A DNA stretch of 64,000 bases from Octopus sinensis (GCF_006345805.1 NC_043000.1:113212001-113276000), one strand, 5' to 3'. Numbered from the stretch's first letter, positions 14,230 through 26,372 are shown. The notes: generated by a model not told the origin, from the letters alone. Translations and numbers: made by a program.

Positions 14230-15040
14230 AAGGCGGCGAGCTGGCAGAAACGTTAGCACGCCGAGCGAAATGCTTAGCTGAATTTCGTCTGCCGTTACGT
14301 TCTGAGTTCAAATTCCACCGAGGTCGACTTTGCCTTTCATCCTTGCGGGGTCGATAAATTAAGTACCAGTTACGCACTAGGGTCGATATAATCGACTTAA
14401 TCCGTTCGTCTGTCCTTGTTTGTCCCCTCTGTGTCTAGCCCCTTGTAGGCACTAAAGAAATAAGAATCGTTAGCACGCCGGGCGAAATGCTTAGCAAAGT
14501 TTGTTAAGTTCAAATACCACGAGGTCGACTTTGCCTTTTATCATTTCCGGGTCAATTAAATAAGTACCAGTTGTGCGCGTGAGTCGGTGTAATCGACTTA
14601 ATCCCTTTGTCTGTCCTTGTCTGTCCCTTCTAAGTTTAGCGACCCTGTGGGCAATAAAGAAGTACATACACTTTAAACATAGAACTATTTATGAAGGCAG
14701 CGAGCTGGCAGAATCGTTAGCATGCTGGGCGAAATGCTTAACGGTATTTCGTCTGTCGATATCATCGACAAATAAGTAACAGTTACGCTCTGGGGTCGAT
14801 ATCATCGACTTAATCCGTTTGTCTTTCCTTGTTTGTCCTCTCTGTGTTTAGCCCCTTGTGGGTAGTAAAGAAATACGTATTTTGCCTCTCGCTACGTTCT
14901 GAGTTCAAAATTCCGGTGAGGTCGATTTTGCCTTTCATCCTTTCGGCGTCGATAAATTAGGTACAATAAAATTCTGGGGTCGACGGAATCAACTATCCCC
15001 TTTTCCCAAAACTTCAGGCCTTGTTACTATCATAGGAAGG
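14230..15040 (+). mobile_element. Head-to-tail cluster of about four SINE family B units
   Basis: Units at ~14230-14462, 14463-14660, 14693-14876 and 14877-15040, each matching parts of the family B consensus; most retain the GTCGACTTTGCCTTTCATCC...GGTCGATAAATTAAGTACCAG core, which resembles the Meta-domain SINE core (from memory, unverified). Confidence 0.85.
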
Positions 15041-15555
15041 ATATGTACGAAACAATTTATTTTGCAACAATTTTGATCTGAAAACGTGTATTGAAGTTAC
15101 CATTGGAAAGAGTCATAACAAGGTCTACAAACACAACTCATTTGTTATTCCCTGCCTCCATTTCCTTTACAGAAAATTAACTGTATCTGAAGTCTTATCA
15201 ACACATTCATTTACACATATGCGCACACGCACGCACGCACAATCATGTATGTATATATGTATGTATGCATATAGACAACAATATCAGACCAAATAAGGAT
15301 GATATTAAATCATGTGATAGGCACAATTTAGATCATTGAATAGAAAAAGAACTGCTAGTCTTAAGCATTTAAACGTGGAGAGCGTAGTTTGTTCACTCTC
15401 TAAGTTTGAAGAGGGCTTAACCCTTCAAGAGAGATAACATGACAAACTGAAGAATCAAGTGTGTTTATCGACCTCGCAAGGGGGTCCAGCTATTTACCAA
15501 CATATAATTGCATGTTGTATATCTATGTATGTATATATCTATATCTATCTATCTA

Positions 15556-15597
<42 letters not shown>

Positions 15598-15616
15598 ATA
15601 TATATATATATTTATA

Positions 15617-15647
<31 letters not shown>

Positions 15648-15662
15648 CTATATCTATAACTA

Positions 15663-15721
<59 letters not shown>

Positions 15722-15866
15722 ATATCTATCTATCAATCAATCTATCTATCTATCTATCTATCTATCTACCTATCTATTTATCTATCTATCTACCTATCTA
15801 TATATCTATCTATCTATCTATCTATTTGTCTATCTATCTATCTATCTATCTCTCTATCTATCTATC

Positions 15867-15916
<50 letters not shown>

Positions 15917-15947
15917 CATATATATATATAATATATATATATATATA

Positions 15948-16038
<91 letters not shown>

Positions 16039-17375
16039 ATATACATGAATGTGTATATATACATATATGTTTATGCATGTGTGTGGACCCAAATATGTAT
16101 GCAAATATATTAATAGATATGTATATGCATATATACATACAGTTATTTATTTATTTTTATCTATTTATTGATATTTGTACATGTGCACGCGTGTGTGAAC
16201 GTATATTAATTGAAATTATGTGTGCGTGTTAGCGTACTTGTCTATGTGGATATGGTAACAAAACCTGGCGTAGTTATTTTTGCTGAATAAAATAAGGTAG
16301 GAGAATGAGCAAAACAAAAATAAATGAAATGACAAGATAAACAACAACAAAAACAACAACAACAATAGCGCCACCTACAAGTGCGACATCAAAGTTACTA
16401 ACAATATTAACTCGTGAATAAACTACAAAAGAAACAATAACTCGAAAGTGACTAAATTAACAACAAAAACGACGACATAAAAATACAACAATAACAATAA
16501 CGACGATAAATGCAACTATGTGAATCAATTATTATATTGTAGCTTTGAAATGAATTATAACTTATCAAGAGAAAGACTTTAATTCAGTGGTCACGAAATA
16601 TATGTCTGGTGATAAATATTTCGAATGCACAAACACGAACTCCAGACAAAATAACATGAAATTATAATCATGATTTTTTTGGTATTTTTTTTTAATAAAA
16701 AAAAGGAAACTATGCAGAAAAAATAGCGTAAAGTAGCTAGATCAACATTATCCATAATTTCGCATTATTCATACCTCCAGAGAGTGGCAGACGGAATGAC
16801 AATATGGTAACTAGCCAATGAGGTCGCTTCTATGTAGCAACACGATTTGCTAAATATGGTAACGAAAAGTTCCCCCATTCTCACCCTATATCTTAACAGA
16901 ACATGCATATATATTCCTAGATGTAGCCTAACTAAAAGAATTGGAGGTGACCAGAATTTTAATATCTGGCGCTAAACAACAACAATCTCTCACTGTGCGA
17001 TCACTAAATCCGCTAAATATAGCAAGCTAATCTTCCTTAACCCATACCTTTCCATCCTCAATAAAGGAAGGTCAAGTAAGACAACGTAAGCTTATGGAAA
17101 AAGATGGGATGTTGATGGGTTGAGAATCACTAACAGGGAGATTACAATTCAAGGTGGATTAAATCTAAGTAGCTATAGACCGAAACAACTGATCTTCCAC
17201 GAAAGAAAGTCATTATGCAATATCGATTGAATATCGGAATAAATTATTTACTGTTAACGTCAATATATTTGAATCCTTCCTGAGTGCTGTAGAGGGGCGT
17301 AAATATAAGTAAATTGTCGGCAAAATCCGACATATTGTTTACTGATATAGGATAAGATTATAACTTTAAATGTGA

Positions 17376-17690
17376 AAGGTGTGTGACTAGATTATTCAGC
17401 TCACAATCATCAGGTCTTGGGTTCGATTAACGGCGGCACGTTGTGCCACTGAGGAAGACGCTTTATTTTTCGTTGCTCCATTTCACTCCGCTGGCAGAAA
17501 AGAGCAGTACCTGTAATTCAATGAGGTCAGCTTTGCTACATTCTGTGTCATGCTCAATTTCTTTGAGGACTACGTTAAGTGTACGCATGTGTGTGGATTA
17601 CTCAGCCACTTGGGGGTTAGATTTACGGGCAGGCTGTTCACTTGATCAGGCCAATTGGAACATTTGTCGCCGTTATTGACAGAAAGCCAG
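17376..17690 (+). mobile_element. tRNA-derived SINE, family C (degraded)
   Basis: GGTTCGATT B-box and a CGTTGCTCC...GCTGGCA...CCTGTAATTCAA body shared with 13845-14167. Confidence 0.7.
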
Positions 17691-17914
17691 GAATGATTTA
17701 AAACTGAATCGAAATAGAGTTCTCCATTCGTTCCCTCGTTGCTCTATAATATATTCATATGATTGTGGTTCACTGGCTTAATTCAGTTGGATAAGCATTT
17801 TCCCTGTTCTAAAGTTGGAAACTATTGTGTTTTCGCCATTCAATCCACGAAGATATATTATTACAAACAAATGAGATCGTTTATGACAAAAGTAAGAATA
17901 AAGTTCCGTCTCGA

Positions 17915-18128
17915 GTTATAGAGACTCATAGGTTTCCATGGGTATATATTCCCCACCTGGACGGGACGACAGTCTGTTGTAGGGTAACTCATTTTTGCCA
18001 GCTGAGTGGACTGGAGCAGTGTGAAATGATGTTTTGCTCGAGAGCGTAACGCGTCGACCGGTCCTAAAATCGAAGCCACGATCTTATGACCATGAGTCCA
18101 GCACCCTAACCAATGAGCCACGCACCTC
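17915..18128 (-). mobile_element. tRNA-derived SINE, family D (family C head, different tail)
   Basis: Minus strand reads GAGGTGCGTGGCTCATTGGTTAGGGTGCTGGACTCATG...TGCTCCAGTCCACTCAGCTGGCAAAAATGAG, then CCCTACAACAGACTGTCGTCCCGTCCAGG. Confidence 0.7.
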
Positions 18129-18136
18129 TATTTGTA

Positions 18137-18190
<54 letters not shown>

Positions 18191-18379
18191 TAATAATAAT
18201 AATAAGAAGAAGAGAAGAAGAAGAAGAAGAAGAAGAAGAAGAAGAAGAATTGTTTTGCTTACTTTACTGAAAAGTTAAAATAATATTACCCATTGGTTTA
18301 TATTGTTTTATCTTTCTTTTTACTTACTGTATGACTTTTTTCCTGTTACGTATTTTATACTGCATCTGTATATTAATAC

Positions 18380-18584
18380 TGATTTCAAAATTTGGCACAA
18401 GGCCAGCAATTTCGGGGGAGAGGATAAGACGTGTACATCGATCTCACTGTTCAACTGGTACATTATTTTATCGACTCCGTAAGGATGAAAGGCAAATTCG
18501 TCATTGGTGGAATTTGAACTCAAATCGTAAGGACGCTAACCATTTTGACCGCTGTGTTAACGATTCTTTCACCTCACCGCCTTC
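18380..18584 (-). mobile_element. Older SINE family B subfamily
   Basis: Minus strand reads GAAGGCGGTGAGG...GAGTTCAAATTCC...GCCTTTCATCCTTACGGAGTCGATAAAAT, followed by an alternative tail. Confidence 0.7.
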
Positions 18585-19072
18585 TAACATATCTAATATA
18601 TTAAACATTCTTTCGTATTACATATGTGATTTGGTTTTATTACAGAATTATAATTTTTTCTTCAATTTTTAATGCATTCTCCATTGAATATGTCTACACT
18701 AAGTTAAATCAAAAATTTTATGTGTCAATAAGGTATATTATGAACCCATCGCTATGTTATTATCTTACACGTCTGGAATATTTCCTTGAAAAACCTCTCA
18801 GCATACAATTAGTGCAAGAAAAGTGAAATCCAATTACAGGTACTTGAAATGTTCACACTACTTAAAATATCTGTCTTAAAGTTTTCGCGATATCATACTT
18901 TTAGTTTTGTTGTTATTTATTTTTTCTTTTGTTCCTTCTTTCTTCCGTTATTTATTTATTGTTCTCCATTTCAACAATACATATTCAAGTATTTTCATTT
19001 CTTTACTTATTCAAGATAGAACGTTATTCCACTAACATAATATAAAGTTTATTTAACTGTAGAGAGCTACTA

Positions 19073-19150
<78 letters not shown>

Positions 19151-19392
19151 TAATAATAACAATAACAATAATAGTAATAATATTAATAATAATAATAATA
19201 TTCATGTACAATATTTTGTTTTGGTATAAAAGATAGGCTACAGCAGATATTCTGCTCAATACCGCAGATTTGCTTGTCAGTTGTTTGACCATAACCAGTT
19301 GAGCTTGTCCCTTAGTGGCTGACGATATGTGCATCTCTGATCACGAGCAGAAGTAGTGGGGGAGTATCATAGCCGTGTGTTGAGAGGGATTG

Positions 19393-19590
19393 TTTCAGTC
19401 ATTTTTACTGCAGCCATGCTGGAGCACCACCGTTTAGTCGAACAAATCGTGCCCAAGACTTATTGTTTGTAAGCGTAGTACTTATTCTATCGGACCCGTT
19501 TGCGGAACCGCTAAGTTACGGGGACGTAAACTCATCAGTTGCCAAGTTATGATGTGGGGTGGGGGGAAACACAGACACACAAACACATAT
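19393..19590 (-). mobile_element. SINE family A, 3' half
   Basis: Plus strand GTTTCAGTCATT...GCCATGCTGGAGCACCACC...CTTATTCTATCGG...CCGCTAAGTTACGGGGACGTAAAC matches family A. Confidence 0.8.
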
Positions 19591-19598
19591 ACATAATA

Positions 19599-19633
<35 letters not shown>

Positions 19634-20059
19634 AGATTATATATATATACATATATTACCAAATTATATTATATTACTAGAAAAAAACTATGCACTTGAG
19701 TATATAGTGTGTTTGTATGTAGGAGATAGAAAAATAAAGAGAGAGTGACAGTGAGGGGAAGCGTAGAGAGACAGAGATATCAAAGATGGCCGTGAATATT
19801 CGGATGATAGAATTAATGACTTATGAGATTACTGACCTGTGACAATAACACATTAACCATAGCGTTGTGATGCCAACTGACGTTATTGGACTCTGCAGGT
19901 CCCGTCATATTTTAACGTAGCCGAAATGTTTCACTTATCAGGCCTCACTTGTGACGTTTTGCAATTGAAATGACAACCGGCATTCTTGAATGTTTGATTC
20001 GTAGACGAAATATTAATATTTGATGGCAACTGGTACCAGACTTGATTCTCCCACTTTCA

Positions 20060-20090
<31 letters not shown>

Positions 20091-20238
20091 TGTATGTATG
20101 TATGTATCGGTTTGTCTCTGTGTCTTTGTCTTTCTCTACACACACACAAACAGACACACACAAGAGTATGTGTGTGTGTATATATGCATATATATATACA
20201 CATCTATATATATATATTATACATTACATACATATAAT

Positions 20239-20282
<44 letters not shown>

Positions 20283-20411
20283 ATATGTTAACAATTTAGG
20301 AATGGCCTGAACAGGCCATTCGTCCACCAGAAGAGCAGCCATAACTCCAACCGCCAAGTAGTGTAATTCGGAAATAAGGTGAAAATTTAAAAACATTACC
20401 CTAATTCATTA

Positions 20412-20511
20412 TCTTTATACGATGCATCGTTTCGGTGTCTTTAATGATAGACCAGCTTAATTAAATTAAATTAAGCTGGTCTACCATAGGTCACACTTCA
20501 TCAGTAAAAGA
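20412..20511 (-). ncRNA. Type I hammerhead ribozyme, copy 1
   Basis: UCUUUUA-CUGAUGA-A-GUGU[19-bp hairpin AUGGUAGACCAGCUUAAUU/AAUUAAGCUGGUCUAUCAU]ACAC-C-GAAA-CGAUGCAUCG-UA-UAAAGA: canonical core, stems I-III and a GUA cleavage triplet. Confidence 0.8.
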
Positions 20512-20880
20512 AACCTGGGAGAGACGGATATACACGAGGCTACTGTATCAATGCCTCGGGAATATCTGTCTTAAAATTTTCAAGACCAACGCATTCGCGC
20601 CAAACTTATCGGCAGCAAATATAAACTGCGATTCAATCTCAGATTAGTCAGAAAATTATCAATTAATCAATTTAGGGTAGCAAAAAATTCAGTAAAAATT
20701 TATCGCTACCAGCGGCCTAATGGAAAAGAGAAAATAGTCAAAGACTAAATATGTATAAAATAACAATTTAGGAATGGCCTGAACAGGCCATTCGTCCACC
20801 AGAAAGAGCAGCCATAACTCCAACCGCCAAGTAGTGTAATTCGGAAATAAGGTGAAAATTTAAACATTTACCCTAATTCA

Positions 20881-20982
20881 TCTTTTATTACGATGCATCG
20901 TTTCGGTGTCTTTAATGATAGACCAGCTTAATTAAATTAAATTAAGCTGGTCTACCATAGGTCACACTTCATCAGTAAAAGA
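20881..20982 (-). ncRNA. Type I hammerhead ribozyme, copy 2
   Basis: Same motif as copy 1, with one extra A after the cleavage site. Confidence 0.78.
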
Positions 20983-21458
20983 AACCTGGGAGAGACGGAT
21001 ATACACGAGGCTACTGTATCAATGCCTCGGGAATATCTGTCTTAAAATTTTCAAGACCAACCGAAACGATGCATCGTATAAAAGATGAATTAGGGTAAAT
21101 GTTTTTAAATTTTCACCTTATTTCCGAATGACACTACTTGGCGGTTGGAGTTATGGCTGCTCTTTCTGGTGGACGAATGGCCTGTTCAGGCCATTCCTAA
21201 ATTGTTATATTTATACATATTTAGTCTTTGACTATTTTCTCTTTTCCATTAGGCGCTGGTAGCGATAAATTTTTACTGAATTTTTTGCTACCCTAAATTG
21301 ATTAATTGATAATTTTCTGACTAATTCTGAGATTGAATCGGCAGTTTATATTTGCTGCCGATAAGTTTGGCGCGAATGCGTTGGTCTTGAAAATTTTAAG
21401 ACAGATATTCCCGAGGCATTGATACAGTAGCCTCGTGTATATCCGTCTCTCCCAGGTT

Positions 21459-21557
21459 TCTTTTACTGATGAAGTGTGACCTATGGTAGACCAGCTTAAT
21501 TTAATTTTATAAGCTGGTCTATCATAAAGACACCCGAACGATGCATCGTATAAAAGA
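21459..21557 (+). ncRNA. Type I hammerhead ribozyme, copy 3 (GAAA core read as GAA; mutation or sequencing error)
   Basis: TCTTTTACTGATGAAGTGTG...ACACCCGAACGATGCATCGTATAAAAGA. Confidence 0.65.
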
Positions 21558-21779
21558 TGAATTAGGGTAAATGTTTTTAATTTTCACCTTATTTCCGAAT
21601 TACACTACTTGGCGGTTGGAGTTATGGCTGCTCTTTCTGGTGGACGAATGGCCTGTTCAGGCCATTCCTAAATTGTTATATTTATACATATTTAGTCTTT
21701 GACTATTTCTCTTTTCCATTAGGCCGCTGGTAGCGATAAATTTTTACTGAATTTTTTGCTACCCTAAATTGATTAATTG

Positions 21780-21835
<56 letters not shown>

Positions 21836-21953
21836 TAATCCATATAACATGAAAAACACAAATGAAAAAAGGACAAACACAACAACGTGAGGACATGGAA
21901 CAAATATAGTATTTTGGACGCTCAGGAAGGAAATATATATATACATACATACA

Positions 21954-21992
<39 letters not shown>

Positions 21993-22183
21993 TTGGAATA
22001 ACCAATTATAAATACCATTCGAACTCACACACAAGGTACAGGAAACATATGTTTACCATTCTGCTTAAATAATGGAACTGCAGATACATCCTTACGTATC
22101 TCAAGTCTGTTTTCACCCCTCCACTTCACCCTATATTTCATATCTTCTCCATAATAACTGTTGCTTAACCGTTTTCTCGCTCC

Positions 22184-22231
22184 GTTTCTGATGAAGGATA
22201 ATATAATATATCCCAGAAACAGCTGTAAGAC
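22184..22231 (+). ncRNA. Minimal Penelope-type hammerhead ribozyme (palindromic CAGCUG stem III)
   Basis: GUUU-CUGAUGA-A-GGAUA(auauauaa)UAUCC-CA-GAAA-CAGCUG-UA-AGAC, within a TA-flanked ~300-bp segment (~21990-22298). Confidence 0.7.
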
Positions 22232-22351
22232 CTTCTATTTATATATGTTTTAAAAACTATTCACAACCTTGGATTTTTTATCTCATACTGTTAATTTATA
22301 TATATAAATATATATAATTATATATATATATTATATATATACATTGCACAA

Positions 22352-22404
<53 letters not shown>

Positions 22405-22819
22405 CATATAGAAAATCTAGATGTATACAGTTATATGGATATATACATATTAGGAGATGCTATTAAACGGTTATTGTTACCAAATATACGAGTTACAAAT
22501 TCTTTATTTAAAATTATTCAAAAATTATATCTCTATTGATATCAAAATCTAGGATATTATTAAACATGCTGTAGATGTTAAATGCGATGTGTCATATATG
22601 GTAGTGTTCAAAATATACTATTTTCCCCCTCTCTTCATGCATGAACGTGTGTGTGTGGGGGGGATTTTCCTGTTCTATTTAAGTTGTTCTTGAGAGATTT
22701 CAAAGCGATCGCGAACAAAGTGACAAGTTTTAGTTCAGCGCACCTTGGTGTTTGTAAATATATGGTCGAGGTGGTGAGTTTGTTGAACTCTCGATGCATA
22801 CACCGAAGTGTATAAGAAC

Positions 22820-23093
22820 CTGAGTCGGAGAATTTCTGGAATGTCTTACGAATATTCCCTGAGTCACTCATAGATTGGATTCGTAAAATATGCATCTGTT
22901 TCTTTTAATTTTTTCATGAAAGTCAGTATTTCTAGGTTTTTACGTAGATTGTTTGGTACAAGACCTAATGCACCTTTTCATCGTCAGAGTACAAGTGCTG
23001 TAAGTTCTGAATTAATTCGTAATAAATTTTCTCTTTTTCCTGGTCTTTAGATTGTACATTCACATCCGCTGGATAGCTAACCTCTATAAGAAT
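22820..23093 (-). mobile_element. Decayed R4/Dong-like RLE retrotransposon 3' fragment abutting (TATG)n
   Basis: Minus-strand translation ILIEVSYPADVNVQSKDQEKEKIYYELIQNLQHLY / GALGLVPNNLRKNLEIL / IQSMSDSGNIRKTFQKF is homologous to the element at 23108-23975. Confidence 0.7.
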
Positions 23094-23107
23094 GTATGTA
23101 TGTATGT

Positions 23108-23301
23108 TCAGTTTATTTCAAGATTTCTTGCCAATAGAGAAAGAACCGGTTTCTAACCTAGATATAAGGTTCCTTCATTGGAATTTCAAGATCAACAACA
23201 GGGTATTTTTGTATGTATGTATGCATGTGTGTATGTATGTATGTATGTATGGCAGACAGCCATACTATGTATGTATGTATGTATGTATGTATGTATGTAT
23301 G

Positions 23302-23332
<31 letters not shown>

Positions 23333-23975
23333 ATATGTATGTATGTGTGTATGTATGTATGTATGTGTGTATATTGTATGTATGTATGCATGTATGTATG
23401 TGTGTATGTTTGTATGTATGTATGTATGTATGTATGTAAGTATGTAAATGTGCAAATTCCTATGTTTTGCTTTATCTATGTATTCTCATGCATATAGTTG
23501 CATATCTAGACATGCTCATATAAATTTAAATGATAAACTTCGGAAATGTTTAACTGATTTTTACAATTCCAGTGATGGATTAGATCTGAAGTCCTCGAAT
23601 TAGCTATCTCCTTTCTGGCATTCTAATTTCTCAAGATTGATATTTAAGCAGTGTGTTACATATCCCAGGACCCCAATAACTGCAGTTAGAAACCGGAATT
23701 TGTAATCTGGATAGAGTAACTACAGATTTCTCAATAGTTCAGCATAGGTGTTCTGTTTTTCACTGGTTTTCAACTTTATGTTAACAACCGCTGGGCAGCT
23801 GATTTCCCAAAAGATTCACAGTGTGTCTTCTCTATCTCAAATCATTATATCAGGTCTGTTGTGTTTACATTTTATTGAGGTCTTCACTGTTACATTGCAC
23901 AAGTATGCCTTTTTCTATTATGATTGGCTGTAGTTTCTGCCGTATTGTGGGTTTTTATATCTTTGTTCTCGCGGT
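23108..23975 (-). mobile_element. R4/Dong-like RLE retrotransposon 3' portion embedded in (CATA)n/(TATG)n
   Basis: Minus strand encodes VKTSIKCKHNRPDIMI*DRE...EISCPAVVNIKLKTSEKQNTYAELLRNL*LLYPDYKFRFLTAVIGVLGYV...LIRGLQI*SITGIVKIS*TF, a PD-(D/E)xK restriction-like endonuclease. The 3' UTR has an internal CATA run and a ~100-bp terminal module at 23108-23210. Confidence 0.8.
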
Positions 23976-24240
23976 TAGTATGTATTTATGCATGTATGTA
24001 TGTATGTTTGTATGTATGTATGTATGTGTGCATGCAAGTTAGTATTATGTATGTATGTATGTATGTATGTATGTATGTATGTATCTTTGTATTCATGTAT
24101 GTATGTTCTCTTCCGTTATTAATTATTACCTTATATATATATATAAATAAATAAATATAAATATATATATATATAAATAAATATATATAAATATATATAT
24201 ATATAAATAAATATATATAAATATATATATATATAAATAA

Positions 24241-24285
<45 letters not shown>

Positions 24286-25249
24286 ATATATACACACATA
24301 CATATAGATAGATAGATAAATAGATATATGGATAGAGGGATAGATAGGTATATATATAATATAACATATAGTACATATATACGCTCACCACGCACTCCAA
24401 CACACACACATATATACACAGATAGATATATATGTATATATTTATACACACAAACATACATACTCACATACACATACATACTCATACACACACATACATA
24501 CATACATACATACACTCACATACATATACCTTTACGTCAGAATTGATTCCCTTGTGACTTCACCTCACAGACATTGCAATCATTTCTTCTCGTAGTAACA
24601 AAGATTGACGAGAAGTAACGTATTTCTTTTTTATTGACAATCATTATACTTTTACGTTCTTTCAAGCTAACAGTTATTGTCAAATAGACAAGAATAAGCT
24701 ATGTTTTACCACTATCCCGAAGGCAATATTTTCTATTTAAACAAACGTTTTCCACTTCTGGCATCTCCTCATTATATCATTTTTTACTTCTCCAGTTACT
24801 GTTTTGCGAAATATTTCTCTCTCTTTCTCTAACTGTTAATGTGCTAATTCAAAATATATTCACCATGGGCAGTAAAGTGCCAAACTATATATTCCTCGTG
24901 GTATTTTGAATAAGTTGCTTTTTCTTCCGTGTTCAAATACCGCTTACATCACCTAAAATTTTATAGGTCGAAGCCGGATTTCGGCAATCGTTAAAAATTA
25001 CACGTTTCTGAATTGTAACTTTACTGTGTTTATAATTCCCTTCCACTCAATTCATACGCATCTTATATGTGAGATTTCATTAAAATTTCCTCTTTCATAA
25101 AAATTATCGGGCATTTTTACCTTTTTTCATACCAAATTTTTCATTTTAAACGTCGTGTATAGAATTTAACATGTTATGTGTTACAAATCCCAGGACCCCC
25201 AGGATCTTTCTTTATTTCCATCTTCATCTTCATCTTCACTTCTCTCTCT

Positions 25250-25464
25250 ACCTGCAGCGTATGGTACCATGCTATTCGTTCTTTTCAGCTATCTAATACT
25301 TTTCTGATTATTCTGGCCCTGTAACAGTTCTTCTGGGTACCCTAATCCAATTCCTTTATATTCCTCTTGATGCCTTCTGATACTGTTCCCAACGACCCAA
25401 CCATAATTCGCATTATCTTCCCCTTCTTCATCTTCCATAGCCGGGCTATTTCGTAATTAAGAGG

Positions 25465-25467
<3 letters not shown>
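25250..25467 (-). mobile_element. Dong/R4 RLE 3' fragment (family a)
   Basis: Encodes NPLNYEIARLWKMKKGKIMRIMVGSLGTVSEGIKRNIKEL; DNA matches 36490-36600. Confidence 0.75.
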
Positions 25468-25521
<54 letters not shown>

Positions 25522-25524
<3 letters not shown>

Positions 25525-25764
25525 CCGTAGTTTTATTTTTATAGCTTGCTTTCACTTCACTACCGAGCGCAGCTCTGTGTGCCTTGGGTATGTGCTGTAA
25601 TTTGTTGTGATGCTCTGATGGTTATTGTATGGAAATTGTTCTGCGTAGGATGTGTGCAGTGCCTAGTAGTGCAATTTTCTGTATGTTATATGTGTTTGTA
25701 AGTCCTGGTGTTTTTGTTATGTATTTGTCTGAATATTTTTTTATCATGCCTAATGCACCTACTA
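25522..25764 (-). mobile_element. Dong/R4 RLE 3' fragment (family b) in (TAA)n
   Basis: Encodes IVGALGMIKKYSDKYITKTPGLTNTYNIQKIALLGTAHILRRTISIQ*, followed by a 3' UTR running into (TAA)n. Confidence 0.85.
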
Positions 25765-25780
25765 TTATTATTATTATTAT

Positions 25781-26045
<265 letters not shown>

Positions 26046-26081
26046 TATCATTATTATTATTATCATCATCATCATTATTAT

Positions 26082-26330
26082 TGCCTTTGCACAGGTTCTA
26101 ACGGTGGAGATGTACTACAGTGTCAGCTGGTCACTACCAGTAACAGCTCTTATTTTTCGAGCACTTCTCGGAGTATTCGAGCGGTTCCTAGCAGTGCTGT
26201 TTTCTGAAAGTGCTCCACACTTATTGCAGCCCCATTTTGTTCTAAGTACTTCACATGATATTTGCTCACTGTTCCCAGGGCTCCGACAATTAATGGTACT
26301 ACTGCTACATTTTTCATCAACCGCAACTGC
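26082..26330 (-). mobile_element. Dong/R4 RLE 3' fragment (family d)
   Basis: Encodes LMKNVAVVPLIVGALGTVSKYHVKYLEQNGAAISVEHFQKTALLGTARILREVLEK*, followed by a UTR running into (TAA)n. Confidence 0.85.
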
Positions 26331-26372
26331 TTAACTTCCCAAGCTAACTAATTATTATTATTATTATTATTA

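Larger units (their letters stand above)
20288..21781. mobile_element. Tandem plus inverted array of a ~472-bp non-coding, hammerhead-bearing monomer (retrozyme-like or non-autonomous Penelope-type element)
   Basis: ACAATTTAGGAATGGCCTGAACAGG recurs at 20291 and 20763. From 21061 the same monomer is reverse-complemented (CGATGCATCGTATAAAAG at 21067 and 21539). Both outer ends abut (TA)n. Confidence 0.9.

Noticed and set aside
20672-21568. TTAGGG hexamers in the 472-bp monomer, suggesting telomeric sequence
   Set aside because: They are isolated single hexamers, not tandem telomeric repeats.
24140-24265. 30-bp periodic AT-only repeat
   Set aside because: It is a higher-order expansion of a (TA)n/TAAA microsatellite, ordinary for this genome.
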